This document shows positions 51,317 through 59,862 of a stretch of DNA of 64,000 nucleotides, in pieces (positions within the stretch are counted from its first letter, which is position 1; the number at the start of each line of letters is the position of its first letter). The notes beneath the pieces are model-generated. The model worked only from the letters and a program-made list of their open reading frames with translations, made no database searches and was not told where the DNA came from. The stretch is from Parcubacteria group bacterium Gr01-1014_8 (GTDB lineage: Bacteria; Patescibacteriota; Minisyncoccia; Phycocordibacterales; UBA2100): assembly GCA_007376385.1 (NCBI GenBank), contig VMGC01000005.1, positions 96,001-160,000 on the forward strand, in the 5' to 3' direction. A program made the translations under genes and the position numbers.

Positions 51317-51507
51317 TATTCTAATAATTCTCCCGGCTGACAATCCAGCGCTTTGCAGATCGCCTCGAGGGTTGAAAACCGGATTGCCCGTGCTTTTCCG
51401 TTTTTTAATATAGAAATATTGGCCATCGTGATGCCTACCTTTTCCGTAAGCTCGGTAACGCTCATCTTCCGCTTGGCGAGCATGACATCTAAATTGACGA
51501 TTATCAT
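51307..51507 (-). CDS. XRE-family (Cro/C1-type, YozG-like) HTH transcriptional regulator
   Basis: 66 aa. MSVTELTEKVGITMANISILKNGKARAIRFSTLEAICKALDCQPGELLEY is a canonical HTH_XRE. Confidence 0.8.
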   Translation of the reverse strand: MIIVNLDVMLAKRKMSVTELTEKVGITMANISILKNGKARAIRFSTLEAICKALDCQPGELLEYER

Positions 51508-51965
51508 ACCGTTAGGTCGTTCTCTGATTTAATGTCGATAGCATTCTGCAGGAGCTTCTCCAGGACCGCCGCAAAAACGCCGGTGATGAGCGGAGCCATG
51601 ATAAAGACGAGTCCGATGGGTACGGCACCCGGCGCGTCGTCTTTGTCTGCGATATAGATGATGACTGGCATGCCGGCTGCATACAATGTGCTGATAGCAA
51701 ACGCACAATATTTAATAGTCTTGATGGCCTTCACTGATTCCTCCGAGAAAGCGGTGTTCTTGTCTATGTAGCGAAGCAAGAGCAAGCCCTGATAGAGCGC
51801 ATAGAAGAAGGGAATAGCCGCTGCACCCATAATGAGCAACAGGGGGAGATACATTCCCGCATTTCCCGAGAGACTCACCCCGGCGATGATGATGCATAGT
51901 CCGAGCACCGCGAGTCCTAGACAGTAGATAACTACTTTCAGAAATAGAGTCGAGCCCTTTTTCAT
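51504..51965 (-). CDS. DUF2975-family membrane protein (common partner of YozG-like HTH regulators)
   Basis: Four TM helices. 4-nt overlap with the downstream HTH gene, reproducing the DUF2975 + HTH_XRE pair that is widely conserved in Firmicutes and others. Confidence 0.65.
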   Translation of the reverse strand: MKKGSTLFLKVVIYCLGLAVLGLCIIIAGVSLSGNAGMYLPLLLIMGAAAIPFFYALYQGLLLLRYIDKNTAFSEESVKAIKTIKYCAFAISTLYAAGMPVIIYIADKDDAPGAVPIGLVFIMAPLITGVFAAVLEKLLQNAIDIKSENDLTV

Positions 51966-52092
51966 ACAATCAAGTCTATCCTGTCATTTATCGTTTGTCA
52001 ATATATTGTTATCGTTTATATGCTGTTGCCAGGATCTTTAGCAGACGTATAGTTTCGAAGGTGGAAGTAGTCTTGTTTTTGAAAAAGTCGAA

Positions 52093-52704
52093 TTGGTAGC
52101 TCTGTTGCCCATAATTGACGCTCTTAAGTTAAATTTGATGCTTGAATTTCTTAGTAATTACTCCGGCGCTCTAACTGGAGTCGCTGCGCTGATAGGTGCC
52201 TGCGTTGCTATCTACGGTATCAGTGAGTGGAAGCGCCAATTTAAATGGCGGATTGAATATGAAACCGCTCGGCGATATATCAGGGCTCTTTATGACGTGC
52301 GTGAAGCGATAAATCGGGACGTCAGAAACCCAACTATTTCTCATGCAGAAATGAAAGCTGCCGAGGAGGCAGCACAGTTTAAAGGCCTAGATGTTACTAG
52401 AGCAGATACACAATGGATTATTTACAATCGCCGATGGGAAAAAGTCTCAGTTGCAAGAACGAATTTGAGGGAAGCGCTGCTCGAAACGGAGGTACTCTGG
52501 GGAAACGAAATAAAAAATGCGCAATCTGCTTTAGACGCACTGATTGGGATTTTATATGGAAAAATATGGGCAATTTTTCACAATGTTCCGACGCCGGATG
52601 CTGACATATATTTGTATCATACGGACGGCAAAGATAGTTTTACTGCAGAAATAGACAATGTTATTGAGGGCGTCGCAAAACCACTCCGCTCCCACTTACG
52701 CTAG
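52093..52704 (+). CDS. hypothetical single-TM protein; AT-rich, and flanked by gene remnants
   Basis: 203 aa with an N-terminal TM helix (GALTGVAALIGACVAIYGI) and a Glu/Arg-rich cytoplasmic domain. No family recognised. Confidence 0.45.
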   Translation: MVALLPIIDALKLNLMLEFLSNYSGALTGVAALIGACVAIYGISEWKRQFKWRIEYETARRYIRALYDVREAINRDVRNPTISHAEMKAAEEAAQFKGLDVTRADTQWIIYNRRWEKVSVARTNLREALLETEVLWGNEIKNAQSALDALIGILYGKIWAIFHNVPTPDADIYLYHTDGKDSFTAEIDNVIEGVAKPLRSHLR

Positions 52705-52740
52705 CTTCACGATTGTTTAAGACTTTTGAAAATGCTAGGT

Positions 52741-52870
52741 TCTTGCGGTGATGTTGACCATCCATTCGATACCAAATTTTTCGGTGAGCATGCCGAACGT
52801 GTCACCCCGCGGTAGTTGAGGATGGGAGCCTGACTTCACCAATCCCGTCACCGACGCACAATCGGCTCAA
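52741..52870 (-). pseudogene. 3-prime remnant of a VOC/PhnB-like gene (paralog of 55595..56023)
   Basis: Minus-strand translation gives ...GDTFGMLTEKFGIEWMVNITAR*, aligning with the C-terminus ...GSYFGMFRDKYGIEWMVEFPAAK* of the intact gene. Upstream similarity decays quickly. Confidence 0.5.
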
Positions 52871-52933
52871 GCGCTAAAAGTACCTTTTCAAAAAGGCAAA
52901 TCGGTATCCAAAATATAGATTTGTAATTTAGAC

Positions 52934-53719
52934 TTATTTTCGAGTCGCATACAGAACCGCTACTGTACCGAATACTAAAAATGGCCATAACAGCCACGTT
53001 GCAAGAGGAATCCCAAGAAAAAGCGAATCTAAGATTGTGCTAGTCTGCCATGTATAGGCCCACTGCTTTGCCGCGATGTTTGGAAGTTCTTGGATAAGCA
53101 TGAAAACGTATGTCGCAGAGAGCGCCGCCACAAGTGTCGCGCGCCAATTCTGTAAAAAGTCTCGGACAAACGAACTGTGGGAACGTCGTTCTGAGATGAT
53201 AGAAAGCATTGCGCAGACAACAAGCAGAAACGAATATGAACCGAGCACAATAGAAAATCTTGAATGAAGGTTAGCAAAGAAATACAGCGTAAGAATTGTT
53301 GAGGCGATGCAAATGACTTTTGCGATGCGTACAGGATTTTGGCGCACTTCGGTCGCAGGAGTTTCCTTTGCGCCGAAAACTTTTCTCCCATACAAATATG
53401 ACAGCACTATTATGAATCCGCCTGCAGGGTATGCCCATGCAAACAAAAGAATATATTCAACAAGCGAATCGTAATTATAGTGCCATGCGTGCGCGAGACG
53501 CAGACCACTAAATTCAACCGCGAGCCCGCCCATAAGAAATACAACGTACAGAAGAATAATTTTCCCACGCGAGCGCAATTCTGCGGAGATCGTTGGAATG
53601 AGTAAAAGGAGAAGCCCCAACAGAAGAAATTCAAAGAAATGATTGTAATGAAAGGAATACGCAAGGCTGAGAGAGAGGAGTGTAATGAACCCCCCTGCCG
53701 CGACAAGAACCTTGGTCAT
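52934..53719 (-). CDS. hypothetical polytopic membrane protein (~8 TM)
   Basis: Start trimmed to MTKVLVAAGGFITLLSL. The ORF-track N-terminal extension runs through the second VOC remnant. Confidence 0.5.
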   Translation of the reverse strand: MTKVLVAAGGFITLLSLSLAYSFHYNHFFEFLLLGLLLLLIPTISAELRSRGKIILLYVVFLMGGLAVEFSGLRLAHAWHYNYDSLVEYILLFAWAYPAGGFIIVLSYLYGRKVFGAKETPATEVRQNPVRIAKVICIASTILTLYFFANLHSRFSIVLGSYSFLLVVCAMLSIISERRSHSSFVRDFLQNWRATLVAALSATYVFMLIQELPNIAAKQWAYTWQTSTILDSLFLGIPLATWLLWPFLVFGTVAVLYATRK

Positions 53720-53789
53720 GAAGAAAAGTATATCACCCCTACCGCCACACGAACGGCTGGCGTTTTCCTGCGCGACGAGCTCTAAATTA

Positions 53790-53860
53790 CGACTTTTTTG
53801 CGGTGATGTTGACCATCCGTTTCGTTCCGAATTTGTCGGTGAGCATGCCGAACGTGTCAC
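53790..53860 (-). pseudogene. second 3-prime remnant of a VOC/PhnB-like gene
   Basis: Minus-strand translation gives GDTFGMLTDKFGTKRMVNITAK, about 80% nucleotide identity to the 52741 remnant. Confidence 0.45.
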
Positions 53861-53932
53861 CCGCCGCGACTTATCCAAAGGGACGACAGGTGCGATGCCT
53901 GACGAGAGCTTGTGCTATAGTGTGGCCATCAT

Positions 53933-54148
53933 ATGTTGACAACGATATACAAGAAAGTTCGCTCCGGGTACGTTGCATGGGTTGAGGAAATCCCGGGTGT
54001 TAATACACAGGGGGCCACTAAAGCGGAGGCCAAGGCTAATCTTGCAGATGCGCTACGGGAGTTTGTGGCCGCTCGCCGAATGCTCACGAAGCGGGAATCT
54101 GCTCGTGGCGAGTCGCTTGTGCGCGAAAGCATCCCTGCCTTCCGCTAA
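53933..54148 (+). CDS. hicB: HicB-family antitoxin (UPF0150)
   Basis: 71 aa. YVAWVEEIPGVNTQGATKAEAKANLADALREF matches the HicB N-terminal RNase-H-like fold signature. The stop overlaps the hicA start (TAATG). Confidence 0.65.
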   Translation: MLTTIYKKVRSGYVAWVEEIPGVNTQGATKAEAKANLADALREFVAARRMLTKRESARGESLVRESIPAFR

Positions 54149-54342
54149 TGAAGCGAACAGAACTTGAACGGTATTTGCGTGCGCATTCGTGTTACCTGCT
54201 CCGAGAGGGCAGCAAACATTCGGTATTTCACAATACGAAGAATGGCTAGACCTCAACAGTTCCAAGGCATACTGAAATCTTTCCAACACTTGCGCGGAAA
54301 ATCTGCAACGACCTTGGAATTCCACCCATCAGGAAGAAATAG
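54148..54342 (+). pseudogene. hicA: HicA-family toxin gene interrupted by an in-frame TAG (amber) codon
   Basis: MKRTELERYLRAHSCYLLREGSKHSVFHNTKNG-*(TAG, 54247..54249)-TSTVPRHTEIFPTLARKICNDLGIPPIRKK*. Both halves are HicA-like (dsRBD-like fold, conserved GSH and K..L...I). Confidence 0.6.
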
Positions 54343-54355
54343 AAAAGTGTTCTTT

Positions 54356-54601
54356 TTACCGATGAATACAGCCGGCCCAGCAGCAGGGGCGGCGCATGCC
54401 GCTTTTCATCTTTGAAAGCGCCTTCTCGATACGGATATTTCTCGTTTCCGCTTTCTTACCGGAGATTACCCAGCAAATCCATTCATTGCGCGCGAGCGGC
54501 GTAATATCCTCCCACAATGCCCGTACCTTAGGCGTCTGGCTTATGGCATTTCGTAAATCCTCAGGTAGTTTATGTACCGTACCGTTGGCGAGCTTGGTCA
54601 T
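54356..54601 (-). CDS. YdeI/OmpD-associated (DUF1905-like) family protein
   Basis: 81 aa. ...LPEDLRNAISQTPKVRALWEDITPLARNEWICWV... resembles the YdeI C-terminal bacteriocin-protection domain as I recall it. Confidence 0.5.
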   Translation of the reverse strand: MTKLANGTVHKLPEDLRNAISQTPKVRALWEDITPLARNEWICWVISGKKAETRNIRIEKALSKMKSGMRRPCCWAGCIHR

Positions 54602-54646
54602 GGGATCATTCTATCAAATCTCTTACGCTGGGCTCGCAAAGTATAG

Positions 54647-54976
54647 TTATCTTTTGTCGTGCATGGTCACGGCTCTTGGCAAATGTGGTTTTATTTTTTC
54701 GTATTCTCTGTGGCGAGAAATAAGGTCGAAGAACGATTTGCCTGCGTTAGCCAAAATTACGTCATTGTTATAGGGCAACCCGGAGCCCGACAATTGATGC
54801 GTAATTCTTCCCCATACGCCCTGTACCCAGAGTTTTATTTCTTCGGGATTATTGAAATGCTTGACCGCGAGATTGCTATTCTCAATGTAATACTTATCGA
54901 TCCAGTCTATCACGACACTCTCGATCACGTCTCGTGTCGTTGCGTTGAGCTGACGAAATCCTTTGTCTTCTTTCAT
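54647..54976 (-). CDS. hypothetical protein
   Basis: 109-aa ORF, AT-rich. No family recognised. Confidence 0.4.
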   Translation of the reverse strand: MKEDKGFRQLNATTRDVIESVVIDWIDKYYIENSNLAVKHFNNPEEIKLWVQGVWGRITHQLSGSGLPYNNDVILANAGKSFFDLISRHREYEKIKPHLPRAVTMHDKR

Positions 54977-55063
54977 ATAGAAATAGGAAAAAGGCGAGGA
55001 AAAAGAAAAAGATGTCCGACACTTTTTTCTCTTTTTCCAACGACCGCATTCATAGTGTTTTAT

Positions 55064-55444
55064 TTATGTGCCCGAATCGATCATATTTTGAGTTCTGTTC
55101 TTATACCAACCGACTGCGAGGGGGAGAATGAGCGTCAAAGCGTAGTAGAGATATACATCTAACTTGTAGTATCCATCTGCCGGCTTGAATATCATCACGA
55201 GAAATATGTAGTCGAGAACTATCGCAATAAGTGTCCATGCGACCGCGAGGAGAGCATAGTGTTCAAATGATGCGCTTATTTTCTTGAACAGCACCCAAAG
55301 CGTGATCAGTACACCGATCGGCGTAAGGATCCACCCGATCATGGAGGGCGATACTACAAAGAAGAGTACGATGCCAAGCACATAGCCGATGAACCAAAGC
55401 GCAAAACCCCACAAAATCGCATTTTTGTAGAACGCCTTATTCAC
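55064..55444 (-). CDS. four-TM membrane protein, paralog of 47955..48332
   Basis: MNKAFYKNAILWGFALWFIGYVLGIVLF...FKPADGYYKLDVYLYYALTLILPLAVGWYKNR. Confidence 0.55.
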   Translation of the reverse strand: MNKAFYKNAILWGFALWFIGYVLGIVLFFVVSPSMIGWILTPIGVLITLWVLFKKISASFEHYALLAVAWTLIAIVLDYIFLVMIFKPADGYYKLDVYLYYALTLILPLAVGWYKNRTQNMIDSGT

Positions 55445-55594
55445 GCTCTGATTGTATCAGAAGTTCGAACGTCAACTGCCATCCAAAAAAGAATGGTTTT
55501 GTTAAGAGACAAAATCACGTGCTCCTCTGTGTCTCCAATCTTCGAACCTTCTTTACTGCCAATAGAGTGTTTGTACCTCTATAAGCCTATTAAG

Positions 55595-56023
55595 TTATTT
55601 AGCGGCTGGAAACTCAACCATCCACTCGATACCATATTTGTCTCGAAACATGCCGAAATAGGAACCCCAAGGGCTATTAGCCATAGGCATCTCTACAGTG
55701 CCACCTGCCGAAAGCCCGTTGAATATTAGTTCTGCTTCTTCCTTACTCTCTGTACTGACCAAAATTTTACTTCGATTTTCGTTTTCATTCACTTTACCCA
55801 TAAACGCAGGTACGTCATTGGCCATCAACACGTTACTTTTACCGATGGGTAAAGTGATGAGCATAATTTTCTCTGCCTCGGTGTCTGACACTGGAAATTC
55901 TGGACTCGCTAGATCTTTGAAACGAGTAATCTTTGTAAAATCACCCCCAAATATTGATTTATAAAATGTAAACGCTTCTTCAGCATTGCCGTTGAAGTTA
56001 ATCCAAGGATTTATCGTTGTCAC
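55595..56023 (-). CDS. VOC-family PhnB-like protein
   Basis: INPWINFNGNAEEAFTFYKSIFGG...ITLPIGKS...GTVEMPMANSPWGSYFGMFRDKYGIEWMV is the canonical PhnB/3-demethylubiquinone-methyltransferase-like VOC fold. Confidence 0.75.
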   Translation of the reverse strand: MTTINPWINFNGNAEEAFTFYKSIFGGDFTKITRFKDLASPEFPVSDTEAEKIMLITLPIGKSNVLMANDVPAFMGKVNENENRSKILVSTESKEEAELIFNGLSAGGTVEMPMANSPWGSYFGMFRDKYGIEWMVEFPAAK

Positions 56024-56046
56024 ATGATGAGTATATCAGAAGGGTC

Positions 56047-56118
56047 GAACTAATTTGCTCCCCGGGTAGGACTCGAACCTACAACCAACTCCTTAACAGG
56101 GAGCTGCGCTACCATTGC
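56047..56118 (-). tRNA. tRNA-Asn (anticodon GTT)
   Basis: Folded by hand. Acceptor TCCCCGG/CCGGGGA, D-arm GCGC-AATGGTA-GCGC, anticodon arm GCTCC-CTGTTAA-GGAGT (anticodon GTT), T-arm GTAGG-TTCGAGT-CCTAC, discriminator G. CCA is not encoded. Confidence 0.85.
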
Positions 56119-56191
56119 GCTACCGGGGAATGTCCGGCCCAGTATAGACGAATGTGTTAGAATTTCCAGCATAGTCAGTAACCGCATTTTT

Positions 56192-56518
56192 ATGATTGGA
56201 AAAGGCAGCGGATTTGGGATGAGGAATATACGACCACAATCGCAGGTTGAACGCGAACCGAGAGCATTGGTGGCCGATGAGTTAACGGCAGAGGGCGGCC
56301 TCTATCATACGAACGGTAAGATAAAGGAACTAGTTAATCGATGGGTAGAGATGCGGGATATGCGAGGTCAAGGAGCGGAACATGAAGACTCAAAGCAACG
56401 TGATCTTGTTTTCGCACAGATCAGTCAAGAGCTGGACGGCTTGTCCGCCAAGACTTCAATCTTTCGGCTGTTGAAGTTGTCGATAAGTCGAGAAGAATTG
56501 AACAAAGTACAGATATAA
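56192..56518 (+). CDS. hypothetical protein
   Basis: 108-aa ORF followed by a strong terminator. No family recognised. Confidence 0.4.
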   Translation: MIGKGSGFGMRNIRPQSQVEREPRALVADELTAEGGLYHTNGKIKELVNRWVEMRDMRGQGAEHEDSKQRDLVFAQISQELDGLSAKTSIFRLLKLSISREELNKVQI

Positions 56519-56521
56519 CAC

Positions 56522-56548
56522 AAAACCACCTCGCGAGAGGTGGTTTTG
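56522..56548. terminator. rho-independent terminator hairpin (AAAACCACCTC-gcga-GAGGTGGTTTT)
   Basis: 11-bp perfect stem whose A/U-rich arms give U-tracts on both strands. Confidence 0.8.
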
Positions 56549-56563
56549 ATTCAGTCTGCAGCG

Positions 56564-56695
56564 TTAGGCAAGAATTCCGATGGGGAAATGGGCGCCGGCC
56601 ATCACGAGAATCGTGATGAAGCTCCAGAGCGACACTTTTTTCTTGCCGGTACTCCGGCTTAGAAAAATGGAAGTACTCTTGTGGTGCTTCGACAT
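56564..56695 (-). CDS. 43-aa small membrane peptide
   Basis: Hand-translated: MSKHHKSTSIFLSRSTGKKKVSLWSFITILVMAGAHFPIGILA. One TM helix. Below the ORF-track cut-off. Confidence 0.25.
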   Translation of the reverse strand: MSKHHKSTSIFLSRSTGKKKVSLWSFITILVMAGAHFPIGILA

Positions 56696-56829
56696 CATAA
56701 ATGTTTTTGTTTGCGATCGTTAAATTAAGGTAGCAGACCAAGGTCTAACTTTCACAGAGGGTGAAAAACTCCTGGAGTACAGCCCTAACGCAGGCATGGT
56801 ACCACATAAGCAGTAACTAGTCAAGGTAC

Positions 56830-56856
56830 CAAAAAGCCGCCTTCAAGGCGGCTTTT
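56830..56856. terminator. rho-independent terminator hairpin (AAAAAGCCGCC-ttcaa-GGCGGCTTTTT), bidirectional
   Basis: 11-bp perfect stem with A/U arms. 20 nt downstream of the stop of the large minus-strand surface-protein gene. Confidence 0.85.
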
Positions 56857-56875
56857 TGACCCGTACGAAGGCGAA

Positions 56876-58978
56876 TTAAGGAAGCTCTGGCATCGGGATT
56901 TCTGTTCCCGGACACATAAGCATATTTATCATACGCTGTGTTGTCTTATAGACGTAGCCGGTCGGCATGTTTTGCTTGAGGCCGAACGGTATCCATGGAG
57001 CAAGAATTTCATCCGCATACTTTAATTGGAATGCTTTGACAGCACCCCTGGTAGCCGCGTCAAATTCTCCGTTCACTTCAAGAGCAAGCCCCATTTCCTT
57101 GTTTAGGAATTCCTGAAGAATCTTAACGTCATCAGCTGTTTCTTTTCCTTTACCAATGTAAGACGTGAGGAGAATGGCCGAGCACGATGCGCTCGCGACT
57201 TCGCCTGCCACCTCTTCAACAACCGCTTCGCCGATGTCAGACGTAGCAGGTTCTGCCGGCGTTTCAGGTGCGGACGGAGGACACGGAACGCCCCAGCAGA
57301 ATATGACCCCCTCATAAGGAGACGGATCTGTCGTGCCACCGTTGTCCGGTGTAGAAGTGCCCTGCGGCGTTTCTACAGTTTCTGCGCACGGAAGTTCCGT
57401 CTGTATTCCGTCTTCTGGGCAGAGATCGGTCTCTTCTTCCGATACTTCACTGCAATCCTCTTCGCTCAACTGAATGCCATCAGTATCAGGGCAGACATCA
57501 TCGCTTGAGCAGGGACCGATCAACTGGAAGTCAGGATCTTCAGGGCATGCATCCGGAAGGGGAATTTCTATGCACACCGGAGGAATGCCGATATATCCGG
57601 GCGGGCACGACTCGGGAGTTACTTCGTCGCAATCGTTGGTTTCAGAATTGTATACCTGACCTTCCGAGCATGTCGGAATTTCCTCGCAGGTGCTTCCGTT
57701 CCAGGATCCGGCGGGATCGAGTGCGAGGCACTCTTCTTCTGTATCAACAGGGTTTGGCGGGAACGGAGTGTCATCACATACATCACCAATACCGTCGCCA
57801 TCGCTGTCGAGTTGGTCTGCATTTGCGTCAACAGGACAATTGTCTTCCTCGTTTACGACTTCGTCGCCGTCTACATCATCGTCGCAGACATCTCCTATGC
57901 CGTCGCCGTCGCTATCAGCCTGATCGGCGTTCGCGGTAACAGGACAGTTATCCTCTTCATCAGTAATGCCGTCGCCATCCGCGTCAGTATCCGGTGCGGG
58001 AATTTCCACTTCAAATGAGAATACTGCGTCGCCGGACGATTCAGCGCCCGGAGGATTCTGGTGGTACAGCTTCACCGTCACCGTGTATGTGTCCGGTGTC
58101 GAGTAGGCGTGAGAGTTGGTCCAAGGGCCGGAGAATGTTTTGTTGCCGCTCGTCGAACCGTCCGGATCGACAAAATTGAGCGTCGAGAAATCGTCAACAT
58201 TTCCGTCGCCCCAATTTACCTGCACATCGTGCTGGCTGAACTGGCCTACGTAGGGGTCGGCCGAACCGGTACCCGTAAGAGTCAACATGAGGAGCTCAAT
58301 GTCTACAGGCTGGTCGACGGTGACTTGGTAGCCTCCTGTGTCCCCGACAACGTCACCCGTTATGGCAACGCCGTCGATGCGGAAATTCTCTGCGCTATGG
58401 TTTGCACTGTTTCGGAAGCGGATAAGGAAATCGCTATCAGATGATGCGGGCACAGCGACACTTTGCTGTGAGCTCCAGCTCGCAGAGTTTGCGTCCGTAT
58501 CATCGAGCTCGTGGGTCGCGAGCGTGTTCCAATCGGTGTCGCCGTCGCCACACTCATTTTCGTTGCCACTTTCGCTGTATTCTACAACGCCTTTTTCGCC
58601 GTCTTCGGCATCGATATCGCCTCTCCAGTAATAGTTGATGTTGAAGTTTGTGAAGCCGTTAACTCCAGCGTCGCCATCTATTTCGCGGCAAATCCACTCG
58701 CCGTTTGCTATCTTTGCAAAACGTGCGCCGTTTGGGCTCGCCACGTCTTCACCTGAAACCTGCGCGGCGCGTGCGAGCGTTGTGGAATCGTTATCGTTTC
58801 CTTCCTCATCCCAGTTGGAAATGTTGCTAGAATCTGTCACCCCAGTACCGAATGACTCCACGGAAAGAACCGTAGCGGCCATGACGCCCGTGGGGTAGAA
58901 GACCCCTGTGGTGACGAGAATAGTAATAAAGCTCAATACCTTGACCGAAATTGACCCTCTGATGTCGTGCTTAAACAT
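56876..58978 (-). CDS. large secreted surface protein with thrombospondin-type-3-like Ca-binding repeats, a PKD-like domain and a C-terminal PG_binding_1 domain
   Basis: Signal/TM SVKVLSFITILVTTGVFYPTGVMA. Tandem DTDADGDGITDEEDNCPVTANADQADSDGDGIGDVCDDDVDGDEVVNEEDNCPVDANADQLDSDGDGIGDVCDD (DxDxDG TSP3-type repeats). QVNWGDGNVDDF is PKD-like. C-terminus DDVKILQEFLNKEMGLALEVNGEFDAATRGAVKAFQLKY is PG_binding_1-like. Confidence 0.75.
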   Translation of the reverse strand: MFKHDIRGSISVKVLSFITILVTTGVFYPTGVMAATVLSVESFGTGVTDSSNISNWDEEGNDNDSTTLARAAQVSGEDVASPNGARFAKIANGEWICREIDGDAGVNGFTNFNINYYWRGDIDAEDGEKGVVEYSESGNENECGDGDTDWNTLATHELDDTDANSASWSSQQSVAVPASSDSDFLIRFRNSANHSAENFRIDGVAITGDVVGDTGGYQVTVDQPVDIELLMLTLTGTGSADPYVGQFSQHDVQVNWGDGNVDDFSTLNFVDPDGSTSGNKTFSGPWTNSHAYSTPDTYTVTVKLYHQNPPGAESSGDAVFSFEVEIPAPDTDADGDGITDEEDNCPVTANADQADSDGDGIGDVCDDDVDGDEVVNEEDNCPVDANADQLDSDGDGIGDVCDDTPFPPNPVDTEEECLALDPAGSWNGSTCEEIPTCSEGQVYNSETNDCDEVTPESCPPGYIGIPPVCIEIPLPDACPEDPDFQLIGPCSSDDVCPDTDGIQLSEEDCSEVSEEETDLCPEDGIQTELPCAETVETPQGTSTPDNGGTTDPSPYEGVIFCWGVPCPPSAPETPAEPATSDIGEAVVEEVAGEVASASCSAILLTSYIGKGKETADDVKILQEFLNKEMGLALEVNGEFDAATRGAVKAFQLKYADEILAPWIPFGLKQNMPTGYVYKTTQRMINMLMCPGTEIPMPELP

Positions 58979-59160
58979 ATAAAGGTGGCTAATTACTTGA
59001 TTAATTTAGGTCTTCAAATCAAAAACGCTTCTTGCTATGGAGCAAGAAACGCTTAACCTAGCGAACTTCGGACGGCGCATCTGTACCACAGGGACAAGGA
59101 CTGCGCAAGGGTCGGCCGTTTTTCCGCACATGTGGGGCAATTGGCGGTTATACTGGTCGT

Positions 59161-59391
59161 ATGCGCGTAAAAGTGCGTGTTACCGCAAAAGCACGAAGAG
59201 AACTCTTCGAGCAGACCGGCGAATTCGCTTTTTCAGTGTCAGTGAAGGAACCGCGAGAGAGAAATGAAGCAAACACGCGAGTACAACAGCTAATTGCAGA
59301 ACATTTCAATCTTCCAGTGACGTCCATTCGATTTATCACCGGCATGCGTTCTAAAAATAAGGTTTTTGAGGTGGTCCGCCCCGTGAGATAG
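59161..59391 (+). CDS. DUF167 (YggU/UPF0235) family protein
   Basis: MRVKVRVTAKARRE...SVKEPRERNEANTRVQQLIAEHFNLPVTSIRFITGMRSKNKVFEV matches the YggU fold signature. Confidence 0.65.
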   Translation: MRVKVRVTAKARRELFEQTGEFAFSVSVKEPRERNEANTRVQQLIAEHFNLPVTSIRFITGMRSKNKVFEVVRPVR

Positions 59392-59516
59392 CACGACGGC
59401 ACTTCCTGCAAAAATAGGATAGTGTTTGAAGTCTGAATTTCGCAATTATTTCGAATGCATTATCTCATGGGGTACAATAGCTCCATATGGATACACGAAT
59501 AAAGTCGGACTTTACG

Positions 59517-59852
59517 ATGACGAGTGAGATAGCGAACTATCTCGACAGCAGGCTTAGTTCGCTGGAGAAGCAGATGGGCTCAGATACGAGTGGCGCGCGG
59601 TGTGAAGTAGAAATATCTCGCGCTGCAGGGAAGAAGCACAGCAGCGATTATATGTGGACTGCCGAAGTGAGAATAATCATTCTTGGTAAAAAAGCAGCGT
59701 ACGCGAAGAATTCCGCAGCAAGCGTGAATGCGGCCATCGATGATGTTAAGGAAGAGATAGAGCGGCAGCTGCGAAAAAGCAAAGGAAAGAGCACGAAAGA
59801 GTCGAGGCGAAAAGGAAAAAGATTCAAGGACGCAATTCGGGGTGGCAAATAA
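59517..59852 (+). CDS. hpf: ribosome hibernation-promoting factor (HPF/RaiA family, short form)
   Basis: ...YLDSRLSSLEKQMGSDTSGARCEVEISRAAG...MWTAEVRIIILGKKAAYAKNSAASVNAAIDDVKEEIERQLRKSKGK follows the HPF beta-alpha-beta-beta-beta-alpha pattern (cf. E. coli ...[37 protein letters not shown]). Start trimmed. Confidence 0.6.
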   Translation: MTSEIANYLDSRLSSLEKQMGSDTSGARCEVEISRAAGKKHSSDYMWTAEVRIIILGKKAAYAKNSAASVNAAIDDVKEEIERQLRKSKGKSTKESRRKGKRFKDAIRGGK

Positions 59853-59862
59853 TCCGTATACC

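Noticed and set aside
54148-54342. Interpreting the in-frame TAG in hicA as programmed read-through or alternative genetic code
   Set aside because: TAG is used as a genuine stop elsewhere in the window, and there is no evidence for code reassignment. A nonsense mutation or sequencing error is more parsimonious. It is kept as a pseudogene.
56047-56118. Integrase or phage genes adjacent to tRNA-Asn
   Set aside because: No tyrosine-recombinase, terminase or capsid-like ORF was recognisable in the flanking ~10 kb. The island interpretation therefore rests only on gene decay and paralogy.
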